A DNA stretch of 63,168 nucleotides, filler included. It is 5 parts of 5 records of this genome, joined end to end, with 100 filler letters (N's around TTAATTAATTAA, not from the genome) between each part and the next. Parts side by side here need not be neighbours in the genome. Positions count along the whole stretch, not along the records: positions 1 to 14,945 come from SRR20825006_776; positions 15,046 to 29,441 come from SRR20825006_778; 3 more parts are not named here. The stretch is one strand, 5' to 3'. The stretch's first letter is position 1. Every line of letters starts with the position of its first letter. The position numbers were made by a program, and so were the translations under genes. The notes below the pieces were generated by a model. The model was not told the origin of the DNA. It searched no databases and saw only the letters and a list, made by a program, of their open reading frames with translations. Shown here piece after piece: positions 10,623-19,817 of the stretch.

Positions 10623-11642
10623 ATGAAACGGTTTATTCTCTCTCTTGTCTCCGCTTTGGCGCTTGCCATTCCTGCCTTTGCTGCCGAAAACCTGCCCGGC
10701 TATGAGCGTATGACGGTGGCAAGTGCCGAACGGCCTGCGCCGCTTGCGGCCACGCTCTGGTATCCGGCAAAGCTCAGAAGCTATCGCGGTGTCGTCGGCG
10801 ACAATGCGGTTTTCAAAGGTACGTCCGGTCTGATGGGCGCACGGATTGCCGATGGCCGGTTTCCGCTGTTCCTGTTTTCCCACGGTTCCGGCGGCAATAT
10901 GGACAACAGCGCGTGGTTGATGGCCGCTCTTGCCGAACGCGGCGCGATGGTGCTGGCGGTTAATCATCCGGGTAGTACGACGGGCGATTCCTCGCCGCGC
11001 GCGTCCGCCGTTCTCGACAGGCGCGCAAGCGACCTTTCGGCGGCGCTCGATCAGCTTCTGGCCGATCCGGTTTTGGGGCCGCATGTGGATCGGTCGGCGA
11101 TCACAGCCATGGGGTTCTCGCTCGGTGGTGCAACGGCGCTCGGTCTCGGCGGCCTGCGCTTCAGCGGCGATGCCTTTGCCGATTACTGCCGGACGAACTC
11201 GGATCAGCTCGACTGCATTTTCATGTCCAAGGGCAATCTCGACTTCGGCCGTCTGCCTCAAGGGTTTTCGGCGGATGCCCGCGATGAACGGGTCAGCCGC
11301 GCCATCGCCATCGATCCCGGTTTTACCTACACGGCGACCGAAGATAGTATCGATGCTGTGAAGCGTCCCGTCCTGGTGATCAATCTCGGCGAGGAAAACC
11401 TCATGAAGGCGGCGGATGTTTCCGAAACGGGCAGCAATCTTGTCGCCCGCCTGCCCGATGCCAGACGTGTGACAATCGCACCGGCGCATCATTTCACTTT
11501 CCTGGCGCTGTGCAAGCCGGAAGGAGCGGCTATTCTCGCGGATGAGCAGGACGACCCGGTTTGCGACGATCCACAAGGCGCTGACCGTGCCGCCATCCAT
11601 GCGCGGATCATAGATGAAGTTGTGCAGTTCTCGGGCTTGTAG
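10623..11642 (+). CDS. Secreted alpha/beta hydrolase (predicted dienelactone hydrolase-like)
   Basis: Signal peptide MKRFILS...AFA, SHGSGG, GFSLGG nucleophile elbow, HFTFL His motif. Divergent from the AraC gene. Confidence 0.85.
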   Translation: MKRFILSLVSALALAIPAFAAENLPGYERMTVASAERPAPLAATLWYPAKLRSYRGVVGDNAVFKGTSGLMGARIADGRFPLFLFSHGSGGNMDNSAWLMAALAERGAMVLAVNHPGSTTGDSSPRASAVLDRRASDLSAALDQLLADPVLGPHVDRSAITAMGFSLGGATALGLGGLRFSGDAFADYCRTNSDQLDCIFMSKGNLDFGRLPQGFSADARDERVSRAIAIDPGFTYTATEDSIDAVKRPVLVINLGEENLMKAADVSETGSNLVARLPDARRVTIAPAHHFTFLALCKPEGAAILADEQDDPVCDDPQGADRAAIHARIIDEVVQFSGL

Positions 11643-11711
11643 GGCGGCAAATCCTGTCGTGCGCAAATGGATGCGGTAAGATTGCGGATAGGGGTTGCGT
11701 TTGAAAAGAAA

Positions 11712-11729
11712 TTAGTAAAAATTTACTTG
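11712..11729. promoter_or_regulatory. LacI-family (EbgR/LacR-like) operator 1
   Basis: TTAGTAAAAATTTACTTG contains the palindrome AGTAAA-N2-TTTACT. The core TAAAAATTTACT recurs at 12908-12919. Confidence 0.7.
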
Positions 11730-11824
11730 CTAGATGCAATGCGCGTTTTCGCGTGATCATGACGGAACGAAGCTCGACCTTTGGTATGGGCTTCGTTCAA
11801 TCGAGGGGTGGGGGAGGGACGTAT

Positions 11825-12892
11825 ATGGTAACCATTCGTGAAATCGCCAGGGCGGTTGGCGTTTCATCCGGCACTGTTTCGCGGGTTCTGAATTACGATC
11901 CATCGCTTTCCATATCTGAACTCAAGCGAAAGGCGATCATCGAAACCGCCGAAGCGCTGAACTATGAAACGCCGCGCAACCGGAACCGCAACAAGGTTGG
12001 TCCGTTGCGCTCTTCCGCCCGGCTGCCTGCGTTGCCGCGGCTTGCAACAGTTCATTTCCTCGAAGCGGATGAAGAACTGATCGACCCCTATTATATCGGT
12101 GTCCGGCTTGGCATTGAACGTCGCTGCCGTCTCTTCGAGACCGAAATCGTCAAGGTGTTTCATGCTGAACTTGCCACCAGCGCGCCGCTTTTGGAAAGCG
12201 CGGCTGGTGTGATCGTGATCGGCAAGCACCGATCTGCAGATATTGATTTCATCGTCCAGCATAGCCAGCATCTCGTTTTCGCCGATTTTGTGCCGAAAAA
12301 TGAGGAATTCGATTGTGTTTTCAGCGATCTGGCTGCTGCCACGCGGACGATCCTGAATGGTTTGAAGCAGGCCGGCTATCGCCGCATTGCCTTTATCGGT
12401 GCGCATGATCGTATTGATGAGCCGAGCGAACCGTACAGCGAGATGCGCTGCCGCGCCTATGTCGAATGGCAAAGGGCCAACAATACGTTTGATCCGTCTC
12501 TGATTGCACTCAACGATGACTGCCATAATGGTCAGAATCTGAAACTGGAAGTTGGCTATGAGCAGGCCAGAACGCTGCTTGCGCAGGACAACAGGCCTGA
12601 TGTCATTCTCACAGCCAATGATAATATCGCCATCGGCACGGCGCGGGCGGCACTGGAAGCGGGACTTTCCATTCCCGATAACATCGCCATCGCATCCTAC
12701 AACGATATTCCGGTCGCCCAGTTTCTGAACCCCGCCCTTTCAACCATGAAGATCCCGGGGGAGGCCATTGGCGAGACAGCGGTTGATCTGCTGGTCGAAC
12801 GGATCAATGGCCGCGATAACTACGCCAAGCGGGTGGCAATTCCGACGACCATGATCTGGCGCGACAGTTGCCGCCACCCGATCGGCATGTGA
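11825..12892 (+). CDS. LacI-family transcriptional repressor (EbgR/LacR-like)
   Basis: MVTIREIARAVGVSSGTVSRVLN HTH, DPYYIGVRLGIE subfamily motif, NDNIAIG. ATG 11825 follows GGAGGG. Confidence 0.93.
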   Translation: MVTIREIARAVGVSSGTVSRVLNYDPSLSISELKRKAIIETAEALNYETPRNRNRNKVGPLRSSARLPALPRLATVHFLEADEELIDPYYIGVRLGIERRCRLFETEIVKVFHAELATSAPLLESAAGVIVIGKHRSADIDFIVQHSQHLVFADFVPKNEEFDCVFSDLAAATRTILNGLKQAGYRRIAFIGAHDRIDEPSEPYSEMRCRAYVEWQRANNTFDPSLIALNDDCHNGQNLKLEVGYEQARTLLAQDNRPDVILTANDNIAIGTARAALEAGLSIPDNIAIASYNDIPVAQFLNPALSTMKIPGEAIGETAVDLLVERINGRDNYAKRVAIPTTMIWRDSCRHPIGM

Positions 12893-12903
12893 GGTCTCAA
12901 AAA

Positions 12904-12922
12904 TTTATAAAAATTTACTAAA
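12904..12922. promoter_or_regulatory. LacI-family operator 2, upstream of the sugar ABC operon
   Basis: TTTATAAAAATTTACTAAA, sharing a 12-bp core with operator 1. Confidence 0.7.
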
Positions 12923-13015
12923 GATTTTCTTGCGCATTCTTTTATTTTATCGTTAGCTTAAACAGTGCGGCAGGGAGAGTGCCGCCTGGAGCGACAATCC
13001 AAATGGGAGGATACC

Positions 13016-14281
13016 ATGAATACCGTGCTGAAGCGGATAACGGGTGCGGCCCTTGCCAGCGCCTGCGTCATGAGTGCATCGGCCGCCTTTGCCGAAGAAA
13101 TCACGATCTGGTGCTGGGACCCGAATTTCAACGTTGCCATCATGAAAGAAGCGGGCGAGATCTATTCAAAGGCTCACCCTGAAACGACATTCAATGTCGT
13201 CGATTTTGCCAAGCTTGACGTCGAGCAGAAGCTTCAGACCGCGCTTGCCTCCGGCACCACCAGCGCACTGCCGGATATCGTGCTGATTGAGGATTACGGC
13301 GCGCAGAAATACCTTCAGTCCTTCCCCGGCTCATTCGCGCCGATGGACGATGTCGTCGATTATTCGAAATTCGCACCCTACAAGGTGCAGGTGATGACGC
13401 TTGATGACAAGGTCTACGGCATGCCGTTCGACAGCGGCGTCACCGGACTTTACTATCGCAGCGACTACCTCGAAGAAGCCGGTTTCAAGCCGGAAGACAT
13501 GGAAAACATCACCTGGGACCGTTTCATCGAGATCGGCAAGCAGGTTGAGGAAAAAACCGGTCACAAGATGACCTCCATTGACCTCAATGACGGCGGCATG
13601 ACCCGCATCATGATGCAGTCCGCTGGTGAATGGTATTTCGATGATAACGGCGACCTCAATGTCGAAAATAATCCGGCGCTCAAGGCCGCGCTGGAAACCC
13701 AGGCGAAAATGCACAATGCCGGGATCCTCTATCCGGCCACCGGCTGGGCCAACTATGTCAATGCCTTCACTTCTGGCAATACCGCATCCGTCATCACCGG
13801 TGTATGGATTACCGGTACAATCAAGGCTCAGGAAGATCAGGCCGGTAAATGGCGTGTGGCGCCGATCCCGTCGCTTGCTGGCGTTGAAGGCGCAACACAT
13901 GCTTCCAACCTCGGTGGGTCGAGCTGGTATGTTCTGTCGTCTTCCGATGTAAAAGACGAAGCCATCAATTTCCTCAATGAGATCTACGCCAAGGACGTCG
14001 ACTTCTATCAGAAGATATTGACCGAACGCGGTGCCGTCGGCTCGCTTCTGGCCGCCCGCGAAGGGGCTGCCTATCAGGAAGCGGATCCCTTCTTTGGCGG
14101 TGAAAAAGTCTGGCAGCGTTTTTCCGACTGGCTGAACGAGATCCCCGCGGTCGACTATGGCATCTTCACCAATGAACTGGATACGGCTGTGACTGCCAAC
14201 CTGCGCACACTGGTGGACGGCAAGCCGGTCGATGAGGTGCTCAAGGCGATCGAGCAGCAGGCGAAGTATCAGATCCAGTAA
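13016..14281 (+). CDS. Sugar ABC transporter substrate-binding protein (lactose/L-arabinose LacE-like)
   Basis: Signal peptide, IWCWDPNFN, LPDIVLIED, TWDRFIEIG, SNLGGSSW. ATG 13016 follows GGGAGG. Confidence 0.9.
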   Translation: MNTVLKRITGAALASACVMSASAAFAEEITIWCWDPNFNVAIMKEAGEIYSKAHPETTFNVVDFAKLDVEQKLQTALASGTTSALPDIVLIEDYGAQKYLQSFPGSFAPMDDVVDYSKFAPYKVQVMTLDDKVYGMPFDSGVTGLYYRSDYLEEAGFKPEDMENITWDRFIEIGKQVEEKTGHKMTSIDLNDGGMTRIMMQSAGEWYFDDNGDLNVENNPALKAALETQAKMHNAGILYPATGWANYVNAFTSGNTASVITGVWITGTIKAQEDQAGKWRVAPIPSLAGVEGATHASNLGGSSWYVLSSSDVKDEAINFLNEIYAKDVDFYQKILTERGAVGSLLAAREGAAYQEADPFFGGEKVWQRFSDWLNEIPAVDYGIFTNELDTAVTANLRTLVDGKPVDEVLKAIEQQAKYQIQ

Positions 14282-14296
14282 CTGTCTCAATGCTTC

Positions 14297-14360
14297 GGCG
14301 GACGATTTCCGCCCGCTATTGCAGGCTTTCACCGGCGGGCAGGCCATCCCGTCCGCCGGT
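14297..14360 (+). other. Two intercistronic stem-loops after the binding-protein gene (probable mRNA stabiliser or attenuator)
   Basis: GGCGGA/TCCGCC (14297-14313) and ACCGGCGGGC/GTCCGCCGGT (14331-14360). No clear U tract. Confidence 0.5.
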
Positions 14361-14408
14361 TGATCTGGTTCATTTTCCTTAAAGTCACATGGGGCGTGAG
14401 GTCTAAAC

Positions 14409-14945
14409 ATGGTGAATGCCAGACCCGGCAATCTGAGACGGTTTTACGACGTGAATGGCTGGCTGTTCGTGGCGCCCGCCTTGCTGTTGATCGGCACATT
14501 CATGTTTTACCCGATCATCCGTTCACTTGTGCTGTCGTTCTATTCGGGGCGGGGCATGATGATGAAGTTCGTCGGCTTCGGGAACATTGAGCGGCTTTTC
14601 AACGATCCGGTTTTCCTTAAGGCGCTGACCAACACGCTGACATTCCTCGTCATTCAGGTGCCGGTGATGATCATGCTGGCGCTTATCCTCGCAAGCGCGC
14701 TCAACAGCCCGAAGCTGAAATTCCGCGGCCTTTTTCGCACCGCAATCTTCCTGCCCTGCGTGTCGTCACTTGTCGCCTATGCGATCCTGTTCAAGAGCAT
14801 GTTCGCCACCGACGGTATCATCAACTCCACGCTGCAGACGCTCGGCCTCATCGAAATTCCGATCCCGTGGTTTACCGATCCGTTCTGGGCCAAGCTTCTG
14901 GTCATCCTCGCCATTACCTGGCGCTGGACCGGCTACAACATGATC
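14409..14945 (+). CDS. Sugar ABC transporter permease (LacF/UgpA-like), 3'-truncated by contig end
   Basis: WLFVAPAL, FVGFGN, NTL.F, FRTAIFLP, WRWTGYNM. Confidence 0.9.
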
Positions 14946-15045
14946 NNNNNNNNNNNNNNNNNNNNNNNNNNNNNNNNNNNNNNNNNNNNTTAATTAATTA
15001 ANNNNNNNNNNNNNNNNNNNNNNNNNNNNNNNNNNNNNNNNNNNN
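14946..15045. other. Artificial contig spacer
   Basis: 44 N + TTAATTAATTAA (stops in all six frames) + 44 N. The genes on both sides are truncated. Confidence 0.98.
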
Positions 15046-15761
15046 TAGGTCTCGAACAGGTCGGCCGCCATGCCGGCACAGTCGCCGACATTGTCTCCCA
15101 CATTGTCTGCAATCGTCGCAGCGTTGCGTGGATCATCTTCCGGAATGCCGGCTTCGACCTTGCCGACCATATCACCGCCGACGTCCGCGCCCTTGGTGAA
15201 GATACCACCACCAAGACGCGCAAAGATCGAGATCAGCGACGCGCCAAAACCGAGGGCCACGAGCGAGTCGATGACGAGACGTTTCTCGCTTTCAACGCCC
15301 AGATTCAGTCCAACGACCATGGTGAGCAAGCCGTAATAGACAACGATGCCCAGAAGAGCGAGGCCAACCACCAGCATGCCCGTGATGGCACCTGACTTGA
15401 AGGCCAACTTCAGACCTGCGTTGAGGCCAGACTTGGCCGCTTCAGTTGTGCGCACGTTTGCCTGCACCGACACTTTCATGCCGATGAACCCGGCCGCGCC
15501 GGAAAGCGCTGCGCCGACGATGAAGCCGAGCGGCACCTGCCAGTTTCGGAACAGAATAAGTAACAGAACGACGACAACGACGCCGACGATCGCAATTGTA
15601 CGATACTGGCGCCCAAGATAGGCATTTGCGCCTTCCTGGATCGCTTGAGCAATTTCGCGCATACGCGCATCACCAGCCGGGGCCTTCATGATCGAATTGA
15701 TCTGGAGCCAGCCATAAAGGACTGACAAGACCCCCGCCGCGAGAGCGAGATAATACCACAT
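15046..15761 (-). CDS. hppA: Membrane H+/Na+-translocating pyrophosphatase, 3'-truncated
   Basis: [30 protein letters not shown] and [22 protein letters not shown]. Confidence 0.96.
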
Positions 15762-15906
15762 GGATTACGTTTCCTTCCCTTAAAACAGAACTTCGACGCC
15801 AGGTTATTCCTGATCATGCACTGTTTAGTATAGGTGACCAGCCTGCCCGGCCCTCGGGAAATAGGCAATATGCCTCCCGTCAGGGGCGAGTCAGCCCAGT
15901 CCCACT

Positions 15907-16842
15907 TCAGCCATGCTCAAAGCCGAGAGTTTCCGGGAGGTTAATGGGCGAATTTCGCAGGGTGACGGAAAGTCCTCCTTCGGGTCGGGTTTCGCCGATA
16001 AGCGTAATAACTACGCCAGATCTGCCCGCATCCGCCAGGATTTCATCGCGCCGCGTTTTTTCTGAGGTGAAGAGCAGTTGATAGTCGTCTCCCCATGTCG
16101 ACAGGCGGATCATTTCGTCCAATTCGGTTGCATTCCCCGCAAAAGGCACGGTCTCAAGTGCTATCAGAATGCCAATGTCGGACGCGCCGGCGAGACTCGT
16201 GGCATCCCCCAACAGTCCGTCGGAAACATCCATCGCCGCCGTCGCGAACTGCGCAACAAGATGCGCGGCGGCAAGCGGTTGGACCTGCGGCACCCGATAC
16301 GCCTCAACCTCGGCGCTTTCATCCGCCCCTTTCTGGATCGCGTCAAAGCCCAGATACGCCGCACCGACACGACCTGTGACCCAGACATCTTCGCCGGGCC
16401 CAGCGCCCATCCGCCGAACAGGTGTTTCACCAAGACAAGTCCCGGTCATGGTGAGTGACAGGAAAAGACCACCCGGGCTGCGCACGGTATCTCCGCCGAT
16501 CAGGTGGATATCGAATGCATCCAGTTCTGCCCCAAGAGCAGATGCGAATTCAGCAAGGTCGGATTCCGGTCGTTCCTTGGGCCATCCGAGCGTGAGCAAA
16601 GCTTCAGAGGGCAAGGCTCCGGCGGCGTAGACATCAGACACGTTCACGCGCACAAGCTTTTGGGCAACGGACGCCACCGGATCAGACACGAGAAAATGCA
16701 CGCCCTCGACCAACGCATCAACCGTGATGACCGTCGGAGACTTGCTGTCGGCCAACTGCGCAAGATCGTCCCGCAAGCCAGCTGCCCCGCCCGCTCTGGC
16801 GAGCGGCGCAAAATATTTGGCGATCCAGTCTTTCTCAGCCAT
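15907..16842 (-). CDS. thiL: Thiamine-monophosphate kinase
   Basis: DDLA, DALVEGVHF, VNVSD, IGGDT, MDVSDGL, GDDYQLLFT, C-terminal GFEH. Confidence 0.93.
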   Translation of the reverse strand: MAEKDWIAKYFAPLARAGGAAGLRDDLAQLADSKSPTVITVDALVEGVHFLVSDPVASVAQKLVRVNVSDVYAAGALPSEALLTLGWPKERPESDLAEFASALGAELDAFDIHLIGGDTVRSPGGLFLSLTMTGTCLGETPVRRMGAGPGEDVWVTGRVGAAYLGFDAIQKGADESAEVEAYRVPQVQPLAAAHLVAQFATAAMDVSDGLLGDATSLAGASDIGILIALETVPFAGNATELDEMIRLSTWGDDYQLLFTSEKTRRDEILADAGRSGVVITLIGETRPEGGLSVTLRNSPINLPETLGFEHG

Positions 16843-16871
16843 TGGGTCAGCGCCCCATGCGCCTCACGGCG

Positions 16872-17831
16872 CTACAACCCTTCGCGGCCGATGGCGTAGA
16901 AACGCTCCTTGCGCTGGGTGCGCAGTTCGGACGGGCTCAGGCCTTCCAGTTCCTGCAAGGCCTCATCAAGCGCTTTTGCGGCAGCAGCCATCGCCCGTTT
17001 CGGGTCACGATGTGCGCCGCCGACTGGCTCCTTGACGACACCGTCGATGACTTTGGTTTTCAACAGGTCCGGCGCTGTGATTTTCATGGCGTCAGCCGCA
17101 TCCTTCGCCTTGGCAGCGTCGCGATAAAGGATCGAAGCGCAGCCTTCCGGAGAGATCACCGAATAGATGGCGTGCTCCATCATCAGGACCTTGTTCGCCG
17201 CCGCGATACCGATCGCGCCGCCCGACATGCCCTCGCCGATGATCAGCGTGACGAACGGCACGCCCAGTGACAGGCCGCGCTGTGTGCCGCGCGCAATGGC
17301 TTCAGCCTGCCCACGCTCTTCGCCGCCCTTGCCGGGATATGCCCCCGACGTGTCCGGAAAGCTCAGGACAGGCAAATTGAACTTCTCGGCCATGTCCATC
17401 AAGCGCACCGCCTTGCGATAGCCTTCAGGGTGGGCCATGCCGAAATTGTGCTTCAGGCGCTTCTCGATCGTGCGGCCCTTCTCATGGCCGATAATGACCA
17501 CGGGACGCCCCTTGAAGCGTGCCAGTCCGCCCATAATGGCTTCATCATTCCCAAACACACGGTCGCCCGCGAGTTCCTCGAAATCGTCGAAGATGTTCTC
17601 GATGAAGTCAGACAAATGCGGCCGGTCTGGATGGCGGGCCACAAGAGTCTTCCGCCATGCGCTGAGATCGGAATACATGTCCTTCAGCTGCTTGCTCGAT
17701 TTGGCCTTCAGCTTTTTCAGCTCGTCGGTGATCGATGGACCTTCCTTGCTAGAAGCAAGCGCTTCCAGTTCGGAGATCTTCGCGTCCAGCTCCGCAATGG
17801 GCTTTTCGAATTCAAGATAGGTCGTTGTCAT
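16872..17831 (-). CDS. accA: Acetyl-CoA carboxylase carboxyltransferase alpha subunit
   Basis: YLEFEKPI, ARHPDRP, NFGM..PEGYRKA, EERGQAEAIA, YSVISPEGCASIL, EPVGGAHRD. Confidence 0.97.
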   Translation of the reverse strand: MTTTYLEFEKPIAELDAKISELEALASSKEGPSITDELKKLKAKSSKQLKDMYSDLSAWRKTLVARHPDRPHLSDFIENIFDDFEELAGDRVFGNDEAIMGGLARFKGRPVVIIGHEKGRTIEKRLKHNFGMAHPEGYRKAVRLMDMAEKFNLPVLSFPDTSGAYPGKGGEERGQAEAIARGTQRGLSLGVPFVTLIIGEGMSGGAIGIAAANKVLMMEHAIYSVISPEGCASILYRDAAKAKDAADAMKITAPDLLKTKVIDGVVKEPVGGAHRDPKRAMAAAAKALDEALQELEGLSPSELRTQRKERFYAIGREGL

Positions 17832-17879
17832 GGTGCGCAAGTTAGCAATGACGGGCTGACTCGCCTAGCCGGGAATTCA

Positions 17880-18806
17880 CTAAAGTGCGCCTTGCACCTT
17901 TACCACGGCCGGCAGGATCAAAACGCCGAGCAGGACGGGAAAAACGAATATAATCAATGGCAAAGTCAGCTTTGCCGGCAGCGCCATGGCCTTTTCCTCC
18001 GCCATCAGGATGCGACGCTTGCGCATATCTGCCGAGAAAACTCGCAAAGTCTGGCCCAGACTGGTGCCCATTTCCTCTGCCTGACGGAGCATCGTGGCCA
18101 GAGAACTCGCTTCTTCGATGCTCATGCGATCAGCAAAAGCGCGCCAGGCATTCTTGCGCGCCTTGCCCGCGCGTAGCTCCAGCGACAGCTTTTTCATGTG
18201 CCCGGCAATGATCGGATGCCGCAATTCCAACTCTTCGCCGACCCTCTGAACCGAGGCATCAAGACTTAGACCGGCTTCTACACAGGCAACCATCAGGTCC
18301 ATCATGTCGGGAAAGCCAGCCGAGCATTGCTGCTGGCGCGCTTTGGTACGGCGCGAAACGAGCATGTCAGGCGCGAGCAAGCCCGCAATGATCAGGCCAA
18401 TGCTGAGCATGATCAGGTGTTGCTTCGAAAAGCCACCGAGATGAGGCAAAGCCACCAGCAGAGCGAGCTGAGGCAACACGACGCAAGCAATTCTGGCTAT
18501 GTAATATCGCCCCACCGCCGACGGGTTAGTAAACCCCGCGAGCAGCAATTTGGCGCGCACCTCGCTGACCGCGTCCTCGTTCGAAGGGGTCGCGCGATTG
18601 GCAAGCCCGATGACCGCCCGACCTATCCGTGTATCGTTCCGGCTCTCTTCCTGCACCGCAGGACGTGACTCGCGTCGCTCCAACCGACGCTCAAGATCTT
18701 CCTTGGCCTTCCAGCTTCTCACGAAGGCCATAATCGCAGGCACGGCGAGGAAGCCGGCAATGGCCAGCATAATGATGGGCAGAAGAGCAGATGCGGAGAA
18801 GGGCAT
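17880..18806 (-). CDS. tadC: Tad pilus platform protein TadC (T2SSF)
   Basis: FPDMMDLMVACVEAGLSL, AEEKA..LPAKLTLPL. Last gene of the tad block. Confidence 0.92.
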   Translation of the reverse strand: MPFSASALLPIIMLAIAGFLAVPAIMAFVRSWKAKEDLERRLERRESRPAVQEESRNDTRIGRAVIGLANRATPSNEDAVSEVRAKLLLAGFTNPSAVGRYYIARIACVVLPQLALLVALPHLGGFSKQHLIMLSIGLIIAGLLAPDMLVSRRTKARQQQCSAGFPDMMDLMVACVEAGLSLDASVQRVGEELELRHPIIAGHMKKLSLELRAGKARKNAWRAFADRMSIEEASSLATMLRQAEEMGTSLGQTLRVFSADMRKRRILMAEEKAMALPAKLTLPLIIFVFPVLLGVLILPAVVKVQGAL

Positions 18807-18821
18807 GGGTTTGCTTGGGGC

Positions 18822-19805
18822 CTACATCTTGAAATTGATCATCTTGCGCATGACAAAATTGCCAATCGCCATCCATACAAACAGGATCGGGAACACCACC
18901 CGCACTAGCGGCTCATCGATCACTTCGCCGTAAAATTCCGGGCGCAGCACGTGGATGCCAGACATCACGATGAAGGGTGCCGAGGTAAGGATCATCGCCG
19001 AGGCCCGGCCCTCTGACGAAGCTGCCTTCACTTTCAGACGCATGGTCTGACGCTCACGGATGGTTGTCGTGTTCGCTTTCAGGAGCTCACAAAGGTTGCC
19101 ACCAGTCTTTTCCTGCAGGCGTACCGTGGCGACGAACAGCTCGACGTCAGGGTCGCCCGCCCGCTCGGCCATGCGCTGGACCGCATTGGTCAGCGACATG
19201 CCGTATGACACTTCATCCGCCGCCATGCCGAACTCTGTTCCAATCGGATCAGGCATCTCGCGGGCCACCAACGACACGGCTGTCGCAACCGGGTGCCCCG
19301 CCTCCAGACTGCGGCAAACTATCTGGAGTGCGTCGGGCAATTGTTCCGACATTTTCTTCATGCGCCGCCCAGCAACCATTTTGAGCCAGACGATGGGTCC
19401 GAGCACAAGAATGAGCGCGGCAATGCCGACAGCCGGTCCGGGCCCGCCAACAAAACGCCAATAGGCTAGCCCCGCGACCAGGCCTGCCCCAGCTGACATC
19501 CCGAACCAGCGCAATGGCTGAAACTTCAGGCCAGACCTGACCACCAGCTGATTGAACCAGCGCAACGGCATGGCAAGATTGCCATTCTTGTCGAGGCCAC
19601 GACTTTTGCGCAGCTCGACCATGGCTTCACTCGTCGTTTCAAACCGTTCCTTGAACTGAAGACGCTTGTTGACCACGCGGCGGGTTTGGGCTTCCGTCAC
19701 CAGCCCCATAACCGACTGGATCGCCAGAAATACCGCGCCGATCGCCATGATCACAGGGATCAAGACAGTCAGGCTGATATTGGTGATGTCAGGCATCCAC
19801 GACAA
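18822..19805 (-). CDS. tadB: Tad pilus platform protein TadB (T2SSF)
   Basis: QLPDAL..RSLEAGHP, DPIGTEF, TGGNL.E, SEGRASA. Confidence 0.92.
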   Translation of the reverse strand: MSWMPDITNISLTVLIPVIMAIGAVFLAIQSVMGLVTEAQTRRVVNKRLQFKERFETTSEAMVELRKSRGLDKNGNLAMPLRWFNQLVVRSGLKFQPLRWFGMSAGAGLVAGLAYWRFVGGPGPAVGIAALILVLGPIVWLKMVAGRRMKKMSEQLPDALQIVCRSLEAGHPVATAVSLVAREMPDPIGTEFGMAADEVSYGMSLTNAVQRMAERAGDPDVELFVATVRLQEKTGGNLCELLKANTTTIRERQTMRLKVKAASSEGRASAMILTSAPFIVMSGIHVLRPEFYGEVIDEPLVRVVFPILFVWMAIGNFVMRKMINFKM

Positions 19806-19817
19806 GAAGCTCGTCTC

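Noticed and set aside
14946-15045. TTAATTAATTAA palindrome repeated four times in the window
   Set aside because: It is always centred in 44+44 N. It is a synthetic six-frame stop linker, not a biological site.
14409-15761. Truncated permease and hppA (also pntA, amgK and both surface proteins) as pseudogenes
   Set aside because: The truncations coincide with contig ends, and I see no internal stops or frameshifts.
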